From Bacteroides thetaiotaomicron (GTDB taxonomy: Bacteria > Bacteroidota > Bacteroidia > Bacteroidales > Bacteroidaceae), in the NCBI GenBank assembly GCA_019412825.1, contig DXOL01000057.1, forward strand, positions 9,100 through 73,099: DNA of 64,000 nucleotides, written 5' to 3'. Below the pieces are notes generated by a model that made no database searches, had not been told where the DNA came from, and saw nothing but the letters and a program-made list of their open reading frames with translations. Below are positions 1-10,900 of the stretch, piece by piece; the stretch's first letter is position 1, and each line of letters starts with the position of its first letter. Position numbers and translations under genes: made by a program.

Positions 1-2807
1 AGAAAGTATTGCAAGGTCCGGGAAAAGTCTCTGTACAGCTGTCACAACCTACGGAACACTTCGAAGATGTAAAAGTACTGGCATTTCCCAACCCGACTCC
101 CGAAGGTACCGTGCTAAATATGACGAATGCCATTATCACAGCAACTCCCCGTACAGAAAATGTGGCAAACCTCGTAGACGGTGACATCAATACCGGAATG
201 TCTTTTCAGGGTGAAGGCGGATCTGCCATCGACCTAAAAGCCAAAGGCCCATTTACAGCACGCAGCATTGTGATCCGGACCAATCCGGTTCCTATTTATA
301 CCCATGTAGAATTGCAGGCAAGAAACAACGACGGAACATATCAAACAATCAGCAGCTTCCCCATCAACCGCACCAGAGACTGGAAAAAGGTAGGATTCGA
401 CCCCTACGCCGATGTTGCAATGACTTTTGAACCGACTACATCCGATGCATTCAGAGTCATATTCAATCCGACAAGCGGCCATACCGGCATTGCAGAGCTG
501 ACCATTTCCTCTGTTCCCCGGGTCGAACGCTTTAAAGAAAAGTCACTGGCCAAACTGTTCCAAACAGAAGTCCCCTCATGGGACGAATATCTGTGGAGAG
601 AACAACCGGAAGCAAACGAGAAGGAACTTGCTCTGAAGCCCGAACAAGTAATCGACATCTCTGATAAACTGTCGGCAGACGGTACGCTAAACTGGGATGT
701 TCCGGAAGGCGAATGGATGGTTATCCGCACGGGCATGGCCCCTACGGGAGTAGTCAACGAGCCCGCTTGTCCGGATGCCACCGGCTACGAGGTAGACAAG
801 ATGAGCAAGAAGCACGCGGAAACACACTTCAATGCCTATGTCGGCGAGATGCTGAGACGTATTCCCGAAAAAGACAGAAAATCCGTCAAAGTGCTTGTGC
901 AGGATAGTTACGAAGTAGGAGGACAGAACTTTACCGACGATCTGATCCCCGCTTTCAAAGAAAGATACGGGTACGACCCTACCCCTTATCTGCCTGTATT
1001 GAACGGTATAGTAGTAAGCAGCCAGCATGATTCCGACGCTTTTCTTTGGGACTTACGCCGCTTTGTGGCAGACAGAATATCATATGAATATGTAGGAGGC
1101 ACACGTGAAGTCGCACATAAACACGGACTTACCACCTGGCTCGAAAACTATGGTCATTGGGGATTTCCGGGAGAGTTCCTCCAGTATGGCGGACAAGCCG
1201 ACGAAGTGGGAGGAGAATTTTGGGCCGATCCCCCGTATGGTGAGATTGAAAACCGGCTGGCCACCTCTTGCGCCCATATCTATGGCAAGAAACTGGTCTC
1301 TTCCGAGTCAAGCACAAGTGCAGGGCCGGCTTACCTGCGTACACCCAATGACCTGAAACCACGTATGGACCGCTACTTTACCTACGGCATCAACAACACC
1401 GTACTACACCTCTATATCCAACAACCGGATGAAGAACGACTACCGGGATCGAATGCCTGGTTCGGCACCGAGTTCGACCGTAACAATATATGGTTTAAGC
1501 ATATGGACTTATATACAACGTATATCAAACGTTGCAACTATATGATGCGCCAAGGCTGGTATCAGGCTGACGTCGCATATTTCATCGGTGAGGATGCTCC
1601 CCGTATGGTAGGCATCATGGAGCCGTGGATACCGGCAGGCTATCAGTTTGAACACATTAATGCCGAAGTCATCATACGCGACCTCAGCGTAAAAGACGGG
1701 CGACTGGTGTTGCCTCATGGAGTATCGTTCAAAGTACTCGTATTACCTCCCAAACTGAAAACGATGCGTCCGGAACTCCTGGAGAAAATAGAAAAGCTGG
1801 TAGCCGACGGCGCCATTGTATCAGGTCCCGCTCCCGAACGCTCGCCCAGTCTGGAAAATCAGCCGGCAGCAGATCAGAAGGTGAAAGAACTTGCCCGGAA
1901 ACTGTGGGATAACGTAGACGGAGTGAACGTGAAACAACGTTCCTATGGCAAGGGGATGATCTGCCACGGAATGAGCTTTGAAGAGCTTTTTGCACAACTC
2001 GACTATGTCCCCGACTGTAAAGTACCGTCCGGAACACTGATTTATCAAGCGCACCAAAAGGATGGCAACACAGACATCTATATCCTTTCCAACCAGGAAG
2101 ACCATCCGGTAACGATGGATGTGGAATTCAGAGTGACCGGCAAGCAACCGGAATTATGGATTCCCCTGACCGGAGAAATCAGAAAGCTCCCGGCTTTCAC
2201 GCACAAAAAGCAAACGACCGTCGTGCCGATGAAACTGGAGAAAGGCGAATGTGTGTTTGTAGTCTTCCGCCAAGAAGGTAAGCCGACAGCCAATACGGCA
2301 GAAGCCAATTACCCGGCTCCTACCCGACTGCAGGAAGTAAGAAGTACCTGGAATGTCACATTCGAAAGTGCCTTCAAGACTCCCCGCCCCATGCAGATGA
2401 ATGTACTTCGGGATTTATCAACGATAAGCAATGACAGTGTGAAGTATTTCTCAGGCACTGCAACTTATACCACGAACACAGAACTTAAAAAAGCAGGCAA
2501 AGGAGAACACCTATTTATTACTTTCGATAAAGTAGGCACTATGGCCAAAGTCTACATCAACGGCAAATACGCAGGAGGAGTATGGACTACCCCGTACAAG
2601 CTTGAAGTTACGGACTTTGTGAAGGACGGCATCAACGAGATCAAAGTGGAAGTAGTCAATACCTGGGTGAACCGGATTATCGGCGACCTGAATGCACCGG
2701 AAAGCGAACGGCAAGTATATTGTTTCATTAATCCTCATCGTCCGGACTCTCCGCTGCCGGCTTCGGGATTGATAGGAGCAGTCGTGTTTGAAACCGTCAG
2801 CTATTAA
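1..2807 (+). CDS. Large secreted glycoside hydrolase, 5' end cut by the window edge. It has a discoidin-like domain and a C-terminal galactose-binding-like domain. The GH106-like family assignment is tentative.
   Basis: The frame is open from the window start to the stop at 2807. By eye it is colinear with the downstream 1074-aa paralog from about residue 150 of that protein. Shared blocks: DKMSK.H, VQDSYE.GGQNFTDD, TWLENYGHWGFP.EFLQYGGQ.DEVGGE.W, NAWFGTEF, VNTWVNR.IG. Confidence 0.8.
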   Translation, partial: KVLQGPGKVSVQLSQPTEHFEDVKVLAFPNPTPEGTVLNMTNAIITATPRTENVANLVDGDINTGMSFQGEGGSAIDLKAKGPFTARSIVIRTNPVPIYTHVELQARNNDGTYQTISSFPINRTRDWKKVGFDPYADVAMTFEPTTSDAFRVIFNPTSGHTGIAELTISSVPRVERFKEKSLAKLFQTEVPSWDEYLWREQPEANEKELALKPEQVIDISDKLSADGTLNWDVPEGEWMVIRTGMAPTGVVNEPACPDATGYEVDKMSKKHAETHFNAYVGEMLRRIPEKDRKSVKVLVQDSYEVGGQNFTDDLIPAFKERYGYDPTPYLPVLNGIVVSSQHDSDAFLWDLRRFVADRISYEYVGGTREVAHKHGLTTWLENYGHWGFPGEFLQYGGQADEVGGEFWADPPYGEIENRLATSCAHIYGKKLVSSESSTSAGPAYLRTPNDLKPRMDRYFTYGINNTVLHLYIQQPDEERLPGSNAWFGTEFDRNNIWFKHMDLYTTYIKRCNYMMRQGWYQADVAYFIGEDAPRMVGIMEPWIPAGYQFEHINAEVIIRDLSVKDGRLVLPHGVSFKVLVLPPKLKTMRPELLEKIEKLVADGAIVSGPAPERSPSLENQPAADQKVKELARKLWDNVDGVNVKQRSYGKGMICHGMSFEELFAQLDYVPDCKVPSGTLIYQAHQKDGNTDIYILSNQEDHPVTMDVEFRVTGKQPELWIPLTGEIRKLPAFTHKKQTTVVPMKLEKGECVFVVFRQEGKPTANTAEANYPAPTRLQEVRSTWNVTFESAFKTPRPMQMNVLRDLSTISNDSVKYFSGTATYTTNTELKKAGKGEHLFITFDKVGTMAKVYINGKYAGGVWTTPYKLEVTDFVKDGINEIKVEVVNTWVNRIIGDLNAPESERQVYCFINPHRPDSPLPASGLIGAVVFETVSY

Positions 2808-2896
2808 CACATAATATTTCAACCGGAGAGCCGGATAATCGCTACCGATATCCTGCTCTCCGGTTACTATAAACGCTAAATACAAGAATAGAATTT

Positions 2897-5800
2897 ATGA
2901 AGAAAATTGCAACTCTATTATTGGGAACACTCTTGGGATTAAACGGATTTGCCCAAGGAGATCGTCTGCAACGAGAGTTCGTCACTCCACCGGAAGAGGT
3001 GAAAACCAGTGTGTACTGGTACTGGATGTGTGGCAACATCTCGAAAGAAGGAGTAGTCAAAGACTTACAGGAGATGAGAAGAGTGGGTATCAACCGCGTT
3101 TTCATCGGACACAACTACTTCGACCCTTATGCAGGCGGACGTAATGTAAAACTAATGAGCGATGAATGGTGGGAAATACTCCATACAGCCGTAAAAACAG
3201 CAGGCGATCTGAATATAGAAGTCGGTATGTTCAACTCTCCGGGATGGACGCAGGCCGGTGGCCCCTGGGTGAAACGCGAGGAGTCCATGCGTTATCTGAA
3301 CAGTTCCGAGATGCAGGTAAAAGGGCCTCAGAAGCTAAATGTCAAACTGGAAAAGCCACACTCGGACTTTCAGGATGTCAAGGTCATAGCTTACCCGGTT
3401 GCCGAAACCGAACTGTCTGTATTGAACACAAAGAATGCCCGGATTTCCGTTTCTCCCGCTATAGAGCAATCGGACAAGATGTTCGACGGAGACCGTTTAT
3501 CGGATATTCGTCTGCCACAGAATGTAGACTACTGCATTGACATCAAGGCAGACAAGAATTTCACGGCACGAAGTCTGACTATCTACCCTTCCCACTGCAA
3601 CATCAACGCTACCTTTGAACTGCAGGCCAGGACAGGGAACGAATACCGTACCCTTTCCAACTTTGAGATAGACTGGCATTTCCTCGCTATCATCGTAGGA
3701 TTTCAGCCGTTTGCCCCGGTAGTTATGACTATTGACGAAACAACCGCTACCGATTTCCGCCTGCTGGTAAAGAACAGACATCATGAAGGCGGTATTGCCG
3801 AAGTGGAATTATCTTCCGCTCCCCGCATAGAAAACTATGCAGCAAAAACCTTTGCCAAAATGTTTCAGAATCCGTTGCCTCAATGGGATTACTACTTGTG
3901 GCGCGAACAGCCGGAAACCGCTGACGCATCGCTGAATATCAATCCGGCCAAAGTAGTGGACATTTCTCGGTATATGGCTGCCGACGGCACGCTGACATGG
4001 GATGTACCTGCCGGCAACTGGACCATCATACGTACCGGAATGACATCTACCGGAGTGACGAATAACCCCGCCGGCCCCGATGGTACAGGTCTGGAAATAG
4101 ACAAGATGAGCAAGGAACATTTAGCTACGCATTTCGACGCCTTTATCGGTAAAATACTGAAGCGTATCCCTGCCGAAGATCGTAAAGCGTTCAAGTACGT
4201 GATTCAGGACAGTTACGAATCCGGCGGTCAAAACTTCACGGACGATTTCCTGGAACGCTTCAAAGAACGTTATGGATATGACGCACTTCCTTTCTTACCC
4301 GCATACTTCGGCAAGGTGGTAGGCAGCAAGGAACAATCGGACAAATTCCTCTGGGACATGAGACGAATCGTGGCCGACAGAATAGCATACGACTACGTGG
4401 GGGGCCTCAGAGAACTATGCCACAAAAATGGGATGACTACCTGGCTCGAGAACTACGGGCACTGGGGATTCCCTGCCGAATTCCTGCAATACGGAGGACA
4501 ATCCGACGAGGTAGGCGGTGAGTATTGGTTGCCCAACGCCTACCCTTCCTGGGAAAATGACCTGGGAAATATAGAAAACCGGGCAGCCTCCTCCTGCGCC
4601 CATATCTATGGGAAACCGCTCGTTTCATCAGAATCCAACACAAGTGGCGCCCCGGCCTTCTCCCGTGTACCGGCAGACGCCAAGCAGCGGACGGACAAAT
4701 ATTTCTCGGAAGGAGTCAACAACACCCTGTTGCACGTGTATATCCAGCAGCCGGACACCAACCGATATCCGGGTACCAATGCGTGGTTCGGAACGGAGTT
4801 CAACCGGGCTAACACATGGTATTCTCACATCGATCTTTTCCTCAACTACGTGAAACGCTGCAATTATATGCTTCGCCAAGGCTTGAATGTGGCGGATATT
4901 GCTTATTTCATTGGTGAGGACGTCCCCAAGATGACAGGAGTTCAAGATCCGCCTCTGCCATCCGGTTATCAATTCGACTATATAAATGCAGAAGTACTGC
5001 TACGGGATGCTTTCGTCAAGAATGGAATGATCACGTTGCCTCACGGAACTTCTTACAGAGTATTGGCATTGCCTCACATTAAGACGATGCGTCCGGAATT
5101 ACTGATGAAAATCAAACAACTGGTACAGGACGGAGCAATTATTCTGGGATCTGCCCCTGCCCACTCTCCCAGCCTGGAGAACCAGCCTGAAGCAGACAAG
5201 TCAGTAGCCGGCATGGCTGCCGAACTTTGGGGAGATGTAGATGGCGTACGGAGCACTTCACGCGCATACGGTAAGGGAATGGTATTCGACGGAGTCAACC
5301 TGGAAGAGTTATTTGCGCAAATAGGATGGACTGCAGACTGTAAAAGTCAGAACAACGCTCCCATCCTGTTCGGACATCGCACTATGGATAAAGCGGAAAT
5401 CTATTTCCTTTCCAACCAAAGCGAAGATCGTCAAAAGACAGTCATGCAATTCAGAGTAAAAGGGATGCAGCCGGAACTCTGGAATCCGATGCACGGCACT
5501 GTACGCAAACTTGGCGAGTTTTCCGTGAACGGAGACATAACTTCTGTACCTGTCACCTTGGAAGGATTCGAAAGTGCCTTTATTGTATTCCGCAAGAAAG
5601 GAAAACCGGTAAAGAATGCAGTTAACTTCCCCGAGACTGCGAAGACCATAGCTATTGACACTCCGTGGAATATCAGCTTCAAAAGTCCTCTGACTGTTCC
5701 CGCACCGATTCAGTTGGACAAGCTGCAGGACTTGGCTACTCTGGCTGATCCGAAAGTCAAATATTTCTCGGGCAATATGATTTATACCACCGACATTGAT

Positions 5801-6121
5801 GTAGACCTCACAAAGACAGGCAAACAGCAGGTGGAACTGGATCTCGGCAAAGTAGCCAAGATGGCTAAAGTATGGATCAATGGTCAGTATGTAGGCGGTG
5901 TATGGTCACCACCCTATAGTGTGGACATATCTTCTGCACTGAAGCAGGGTAAAAACAACATCCGCATAGATGTAGTGAATACGTGGGTGAACCGTTTGAT
6001 TGGCAATACGATCTATCCGGAAATGGCAAAGGAGACCTGGGTAGGAATGAGTCCTTACAATCAGGATTCACCTTTGCAGGAATCCGGTCTGATAGGCCCC
6101 GTACAGCTGAATATTAAATAA
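2897..6121 (+). CDS. Large secreted glycoside hydrolase, full-length tandem paralog of the preceding gene. The GH106-like family assignment is tentative.
   Basis: 1074-aa ORF with an N-terminal signal peptide (MKKIATLLLGTLLGLNGFAQG). It shares the conserved blocks of ORF 1..2807 and has a C-terminal galactose-binding-like segment (KVWINGQYVGGVW...NNIRIDVVNTWVNRLIG). Confidence 0.85.
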   Translation: MKKIATLLLGTLLGLNGFAQGDRLQREFVTPPEEVKTSVYWYWMCGNISKEGVVKDLQEMRRVGINRVFIGHNYFDPYAGGRNVKLMSDEWWEILHTAVKTAGDLNIEVGMFNSPGWTQAGGPWVKREESMRYLNSSEMQVKGPQKLNVKLEKPHSDFQDVKVIAYPVAETELSVLNTKNARISVSPAIEQSDKMFDGDRLSDIRLPQNVDYCIDIKADKNFTARSLTIYPSHCNINATFELQARTGNEYRTLSNFEIDWHFLAIIVGFQPFAPVVMTIDETTATDFRLLVKNRHHEGGIAEVELSSAPRIENYAAKTFAKMFQNPLPQWDYYLWREQPETADASLNINPAKVVDISRYMAADGTLTWDVPAGNWTIIRTGMTSTGVTNNPAGPDGTGLEIDKMSKEHLATHFDAFIGKILKRIPAEDRKAFKYVIQDSYESGGQNFTDDFLERFKERYGYDALPFLPAYFGKVVGSKEQSDKFLWDMRRIVADRIAYDYVGGLRELCHKNGMTTWLENYGHWGFPAEFLQYGGQSDEVGGEYWLPNAYPSWENDLGNIENRAASSCAHIYGKPLVSSESNTSGAPAFSRVPADAKQRTDKYFSEGVNNTLLHVYIQQPDTNRYPGTNAWFGTEFNRANTWYSHIDLFLNYVKRCNYMLRQGLNVADIAYFIGEDVPKMTGVQDPPLPSGYQFDYINAEVLLRDAFVKNGMITLPHGTSYRVLALPHIKTMRPELLMKIKQLVQDGAIILGSAPAHSPSLENQPEADKSVAGMAAELWGDVDGVRSTSRAYGKGMVFDGVNLEELFAQIGWTADCKSQNNAPILFGHRTMDKAEIYFLSNQSEDRQKTVMQFRVKGMQPELWNPMHGTVRKLGEFSVNGDITSVPVTLEGFESAFIVFRKKGKPVKNAVNFPETAKTIAIDTPWNISFKSPLTVPAPIQLDKLQDLATLADPKVKYFSGNMIYTTDIDVDLTKTGKQQVELDLGKVAKMAKVWINGQYVGGVWSPPYSVDISSALKQGKNNIRIDVVNTWVNRLIGNTIYPEMAKETWVGMSPYNQDSPLQESGLIGPVQLNIK

Positions 6122-6151
6122 TCTTCGGGACTTCTGTCCCGGGATATCTGC

Positions 6152-6202
6152 AATGATGGCAGGAAGGATGCTTTAAACATCGTTCCTGCCATCATTTATT
6201 TT
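6152..6202. terminator. Hairpin between convergent genes; likely a bidirectional terminator.
   Basis: AATGATGGCAGGAA (6152..6165) pairs with TTCCTGCCATCATT (6183..6196), followed by TATTTT. It lies between the stops at 6121 (+) and 6216 (-). Confidence 0.6.
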
Positions 6203-6215
6203 AATAAAGTCTGAT

Positions 6216-7316
6216 TCAAGGAGTAAACGGAACTGTACCGGATGGCTTACGCAACGGAGTATTCACCGGCAGGGGAACACCCAAATCCGGCATACCATCA
6301 GCGTCCCATTCTATCTTCTGCAATCGCGGGTTACGGGTTTCCGACTCTCCTGTATTGCCACTGGGGACGCTTCTTGCCTGATACAATACGTACCACTCCG
6401 TTCCATCGGGCGAAGGAAGAAAAGAAAGGTTGGCCGTTCCGTATATCCCTTCTTCCGGTCTTTGCTGGAATACAGGAACGGGGCTCTTCTTCCAGGAAGC
6501 CGGATTCAGCAAGTCACTGTCCGCGTCGGCAGTCAACATCCCGGTACAATAATAGGGAGACCAGCAACCGCTTGCCGCATAATATACAATGACAGTCCGG
6601 TTATCTTTAGAATGAAAATACTGAGGGCTTTCATTGACATAAATCGGGTAAGCAGTCCGGCCGCCATCCGGATTTACCCACTGCCGTTCCCACTCATACT
6701 CCGGCTTCGAAATCATAACCCTTTCCGTAGCCAATGTCCAGGGATTATCCATGCGGGCAATATAGATACATTGCGTTTCACTGCCTATCCTCCGATTAGG
6801 CCACCCGGACCATAGAAGATAAAGCTCCCCTTTATGCTCAAAAGTAGAAGGGTGTATTCCCCAGTTCCAATCGGGATTGGTCATGATCGCTCCTTTCATG
6901 CGGAACTCTCCTTTCATGGGGTCAGGAGAATCATTCTCAATCACGTAAATCTGATGATTATCCGTGTTTCCATCGTCGGCAGCAAAATAGATATACCATT
7001 TGCCATTGATATTCCGTATTTCCGGATTCCAGAGGTTATGGCTATTCGAAGGATCTTTAGGCACCCAAACCTCTTTACAAAGAGAATGTCCCATATCGGT
7101 AATATCGGTAGTTACCCACAAGAAAATCTGAGCATTGGTTTCATGGGTATAATAGTACTTACCATCATGGTAAATCGCGCTTGAATTAGCCCCTTCCATA
7201 AACAATGGATTGACATAGGTATCTTTCTCGGCATCTTCTTTTTTACCCGAATGTCTGGAATTGCAAGATATGTTCAGCAGAACAAGGAAGAACGACAGGC
7301 ATAATTGGATTTTCAT
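6216..7316 (-). CDS. GH43-like five-bladed beta-propeller glycoside hydrolase (lipoprotein).
   Basis: 366-aa ORF with a signal/lipobox (LLNISCNS). GH43-type blocks: NPLF....YHDGKYYY, WNPEIRNINGKWYIYFAADDG, FEHKGELYLLWSGW, YVNESPQYF. Confidence 0.75.
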   Translation of the reverse strand: MKIQLCLSFFLVLLNISCNSRHSGKKEDAEKDTYVNPLFMEGANSSAIYHDGKYYYTHETNAQIFLWVTTDITDMGHSLCKEVWVPKDPSNSHNLWNPEIRNINGKWYIYFAADDGNTDNHQIYVIENDSPDPMKGEFRMKGAIMTNPDWNWGIHPSTFEHKGELYLLWSGWPNRRIGSETQCIYIARMDNPWTLATERVMISKPEYEWERQWVNPDGGRTAYPIYVNESPQYFHSKDNRTVIVYYAASGCWSPYYCTGMLTADADSDLLNPASWKKSPVPVFQQRPEEGIYGTANLSFLPSPDGTEWYVLYQARSVPSGNTGESETRNPRLQKIEWDADGMPDLGVPLPVNTPLRKPSGTVPFTP

Positions 7317-7676
7317 AGTTTTTCATTTTTAAGATTACACAAAGAAAGTACTTTTTTTCCATTTATGTTTAAAAACAAAGCAAAAATAAAAATAATTGCA
7401 CATAGATGTCATTCTCACCATCACATTGTAACACTAATTAGCCCGATGACATAAAAAGAGAAAGAACTCATTGTAACAACTATTTATCTTTCCATAATCA
7501 GATTAGCGAATCTTTCAGAGTCGCCAACAACCTTTACACGAAATATATTAACCGTTTATATACTTCTTCAGAATCATTTATTAATAAATTCTTTCATCGT
7601 TTATTATAAACGTCCCCCAAGTTTATTATAAACCCGAACATCGTTATTTCAGTAACAAATATCAATTTTAAGCAAC

Positions 7677-7711
7677 AAAAAAGGCTGCGATTCCCATAAA
7701 GAATCGCAGCC
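7677..7711 (-). terminator. Rho-independent terminator downstream of the hybrid two-component gene.
   Basis: On the minus strand the sequence reads GGCTGCGATTC-TTTATGG-GAATCGCAGCC followed by TTTTTT. It lies about 200 bp past the stop at 7915. Confidence 0.6.
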
Positions 7712-7914
7712 CTTAGCTTGTATCAGACTATCCGGCAAGCATTATCCGAAGTGGAAATACTTGCAATCTGTTATTATATTGTACTTATTATTACTCATTT
7801 TTCGTCTATATTATCAATGTTATCGAATTTACTTCCGGTTCTCACTTACAAATATACAACATAAAAAACGGTTTGTCAAGTCCTGCACACTTCTTTCATA
7901 CATCTGATGACAAA

Positions 7915-10900
7915 TCAAACGGTAGAATCAGCGTCCGGAGCACTTTCCGCCGCAGTTTCGGAAGCAGACGACTGATTGACATATTCCTTCGGGAGAACTC
8001 CATATTGTGCCTTGAAACACTTGGCAAAATAAGAGGAGGAAGTAAATCCAACCTGTGCCGCAACCTCGGAAATACGTGTACCGCCCTGGATTAACTCGGC
8101 TGCCTTATTCATACGGAGAGCCTTCAGATAATCATTGGGCGACATTCCCGACAATGCCTTTATCTTCCGATAGAAGTTGGAACGGCTCATGTTCATCTGC
8201 TCTGCAAGAGTATCGATGGAGAAGTTCTCGTCTGCCAGCTGGTCGGCAATGACTTCCTGTATCTTGGCAACAAATTCACAATCTCTCTGAGTCATCGCAA
8301 GCTCTGCCGAGACCTGATTGGCATTTCCGGACAGGCTGGCCATCAGCTTATGGAAAGACTGCCTCAACCGGAGCAGGTTCTCGATCTGCTTATGCAGTTG
8401 CTTGATAGAGAATGGTTTCTCGATATACACATCGGCTCCACATTCCAGTCCTTCCACCTTAGATTCCAGCGTCGTTTTTGCCGTCAGTAAGATGACCGGG
8501 ATATGTGAGTAGTCGATTTCCGATTTCACTTTGCTGCAGAGTTCCAGCCCGTTCATTTCCGGCATCATCACATCACTGACGATGACGTCTACACTCTCCT
8601 GTTCGAGTATCTCAAGTGCCGCACGCCCATTCGGGGCTTTCAGCACACGGAACCAGGCAACCAACGAGTCACGCGTCAGATTCAACAGTTCAACATTGTC
8701 CTCTACCAGCAATACGGTGAATTTCTTTCCCGAAAATTCGGAAGGAATATTCTCTGCCGAACCTTCGTTTTCGGAATGCACTTCAACGATATCAGCTGCT
8801 TCTTCTACCTTCTTTTCGTTTAAAGGAAGAGATAATATGAACGAGGAACCTTGCGGTTCGTTATCTTCAAGACGCAGGCTGCCTTGATGGGCTTCTGCCA
8901 GAGATTTGGCAAAGGCCAGTCCGATACCGGTACCTGTGGCGGTAGCAACTTTATCATCCGGCATTTGGTAGAAGGCTTCAAATATCTTTCCTTTCTGGGC
9001 ATCCGGCACTCCACGACCGTCATCACTCACATATATCTCATATCCTCCATCGGTTGTCACGAGTTTCAAATCGATACGTGCACGGGCATATTTTATCGCA
9101 TTGCCCATCAGATTCACCAGTATCTTGCTCAACTTTTCCCGATCGACCATCGATACCAGTTCCTGATCGGGCACGGTCAATACCAGTTCGATTCCTTTTA
9201 ACTCGGCAGGACTGGTGAACTGGCTATATACATCATTCACTATTTCCTTAATGTCACAGCTAACCAGATTCAGTTGCAAGGCTCCGTTTTCCATTTTCTG
9301 AAAGTCGAGCAGCTGATTGGTGATCCCTAAAAGGTAGCTTACATTCTTGTCTATTACAGACAGATACTTGGCCTCTTTTCCTTCATGTTCTATCTCTTGC
9401 AGCTTTTCAAGAGGCAATCGGATCAGACTGAGAGGGGTACGTATCTCATGTACCAGGTTAATGAAGAATCCGATCTTTGATTTATAAACTTCCTGTTCTT
9501 TCGCAATCTGATATTTCTCCATCCGGCGTTTGTACTTATGCTTGACACGAAGATTCCAGCGCCATGCAATCCAGACAATCCAGCCCAGCAACAGGAGAGT
9601 ATAAATAAAATAGGCGAAAGAACTGCGCCACCAGGGGGGAGTAATCACTACCCGCAGAGTAGTCGTCTTCTCATTCCACTGATGATCATTATTGGAGCCG
9701 CGCACTTCAAACTCATATTCTCCGGGAGGCAGATTGGTATAAGAAGCAGAGTTGTTCTCGGAGTTCGTAATCCACTCCTTATCTACTCCTTTTAATATAT
9801 AGGAGTATCTGTTTCGTGCCGGGTCCTCATAGCTGAGTGCCACAAAACGAATCGTGAAACTATTGTTTTCATAAGACAAGGTTATCTTGTCAGCCATATA
9901 AAGCGGTTTTCCCAGCTGAAGCAGTTTCTTCACTTCCTGTTCATCATTCAGATAGGGCAGACGAATACCGGTCACATATACCGGAGGAATGTAGGCATTA
10001 TCCACAAAGCGTTCCGGCTGGAAAACATTAAAGCCGTTGATTCCGCCAAAATACAGCTTACCTTCGGAAGACCTTAAGGAAGAACGCGCCATAAACTGAT
10101 TTCCCTGCAGACCATCATTTATCGTGAACTGCCGGAAATGAGCTTTGGAGATTGGGTTAATCTTTAATATTCCTGCATTGCTGGATATCCAGAAATCCCC
10201 AGTCTGATCTTGTTCAATGGAATAGATTACCTTATTTGGAAGCGCAGAATCAAATTCGACGAATGCTTCTGTTTTGGGATCGAAGGAGCATAATCCTCCC
10301 CCATTCGTACCAAACCACATCACGCCTTTGTTATCTTCAAATACCGTGATCACCGAATTACTGGTAATGGTAGTCGAATCTTCCCGTTCGTGCTGGAAAT
10401 GCTTCCAGTGTCCGCTCAGAGTATTGTAGGAGAACACGCCGCTGTTGGCCGTTGCAATCCACAGATTGTTATACATATCCTCATATATATCGCCTACGGA
10501 AATCATGGAACCGATACTGGTGATCGTCATGAAATTATCGGCATCAGGATTGTAACGGCATAAGCCCCAGCTTGTTCCGACGAAGATTTCCCCTTTCCGG
10601 TCTTTATACATACACAGTACGTCATTGCTGCAAATGGTATTGGGGATTCCCCGCGAGTGGGTATATTCTTTTATCGAACCGGTATGCAGATTAAGCACAC
10701 GTATTCCTTCCGCATAAGTACCGATCCAAAGACAATCGCCGTCTAACATCAAAGAGCGAATATCGTATTTCTGACTCTTTACACCTCCGATATGGTATTC
10801 CGAAAGCTCCCGTGTAACGGTATTGAAGAAATACAAGCCACTTTGAGTACCAATCCAGATGTTTCCGTCTTTATTTTCACAGAATGGGCCTACTACTTCT

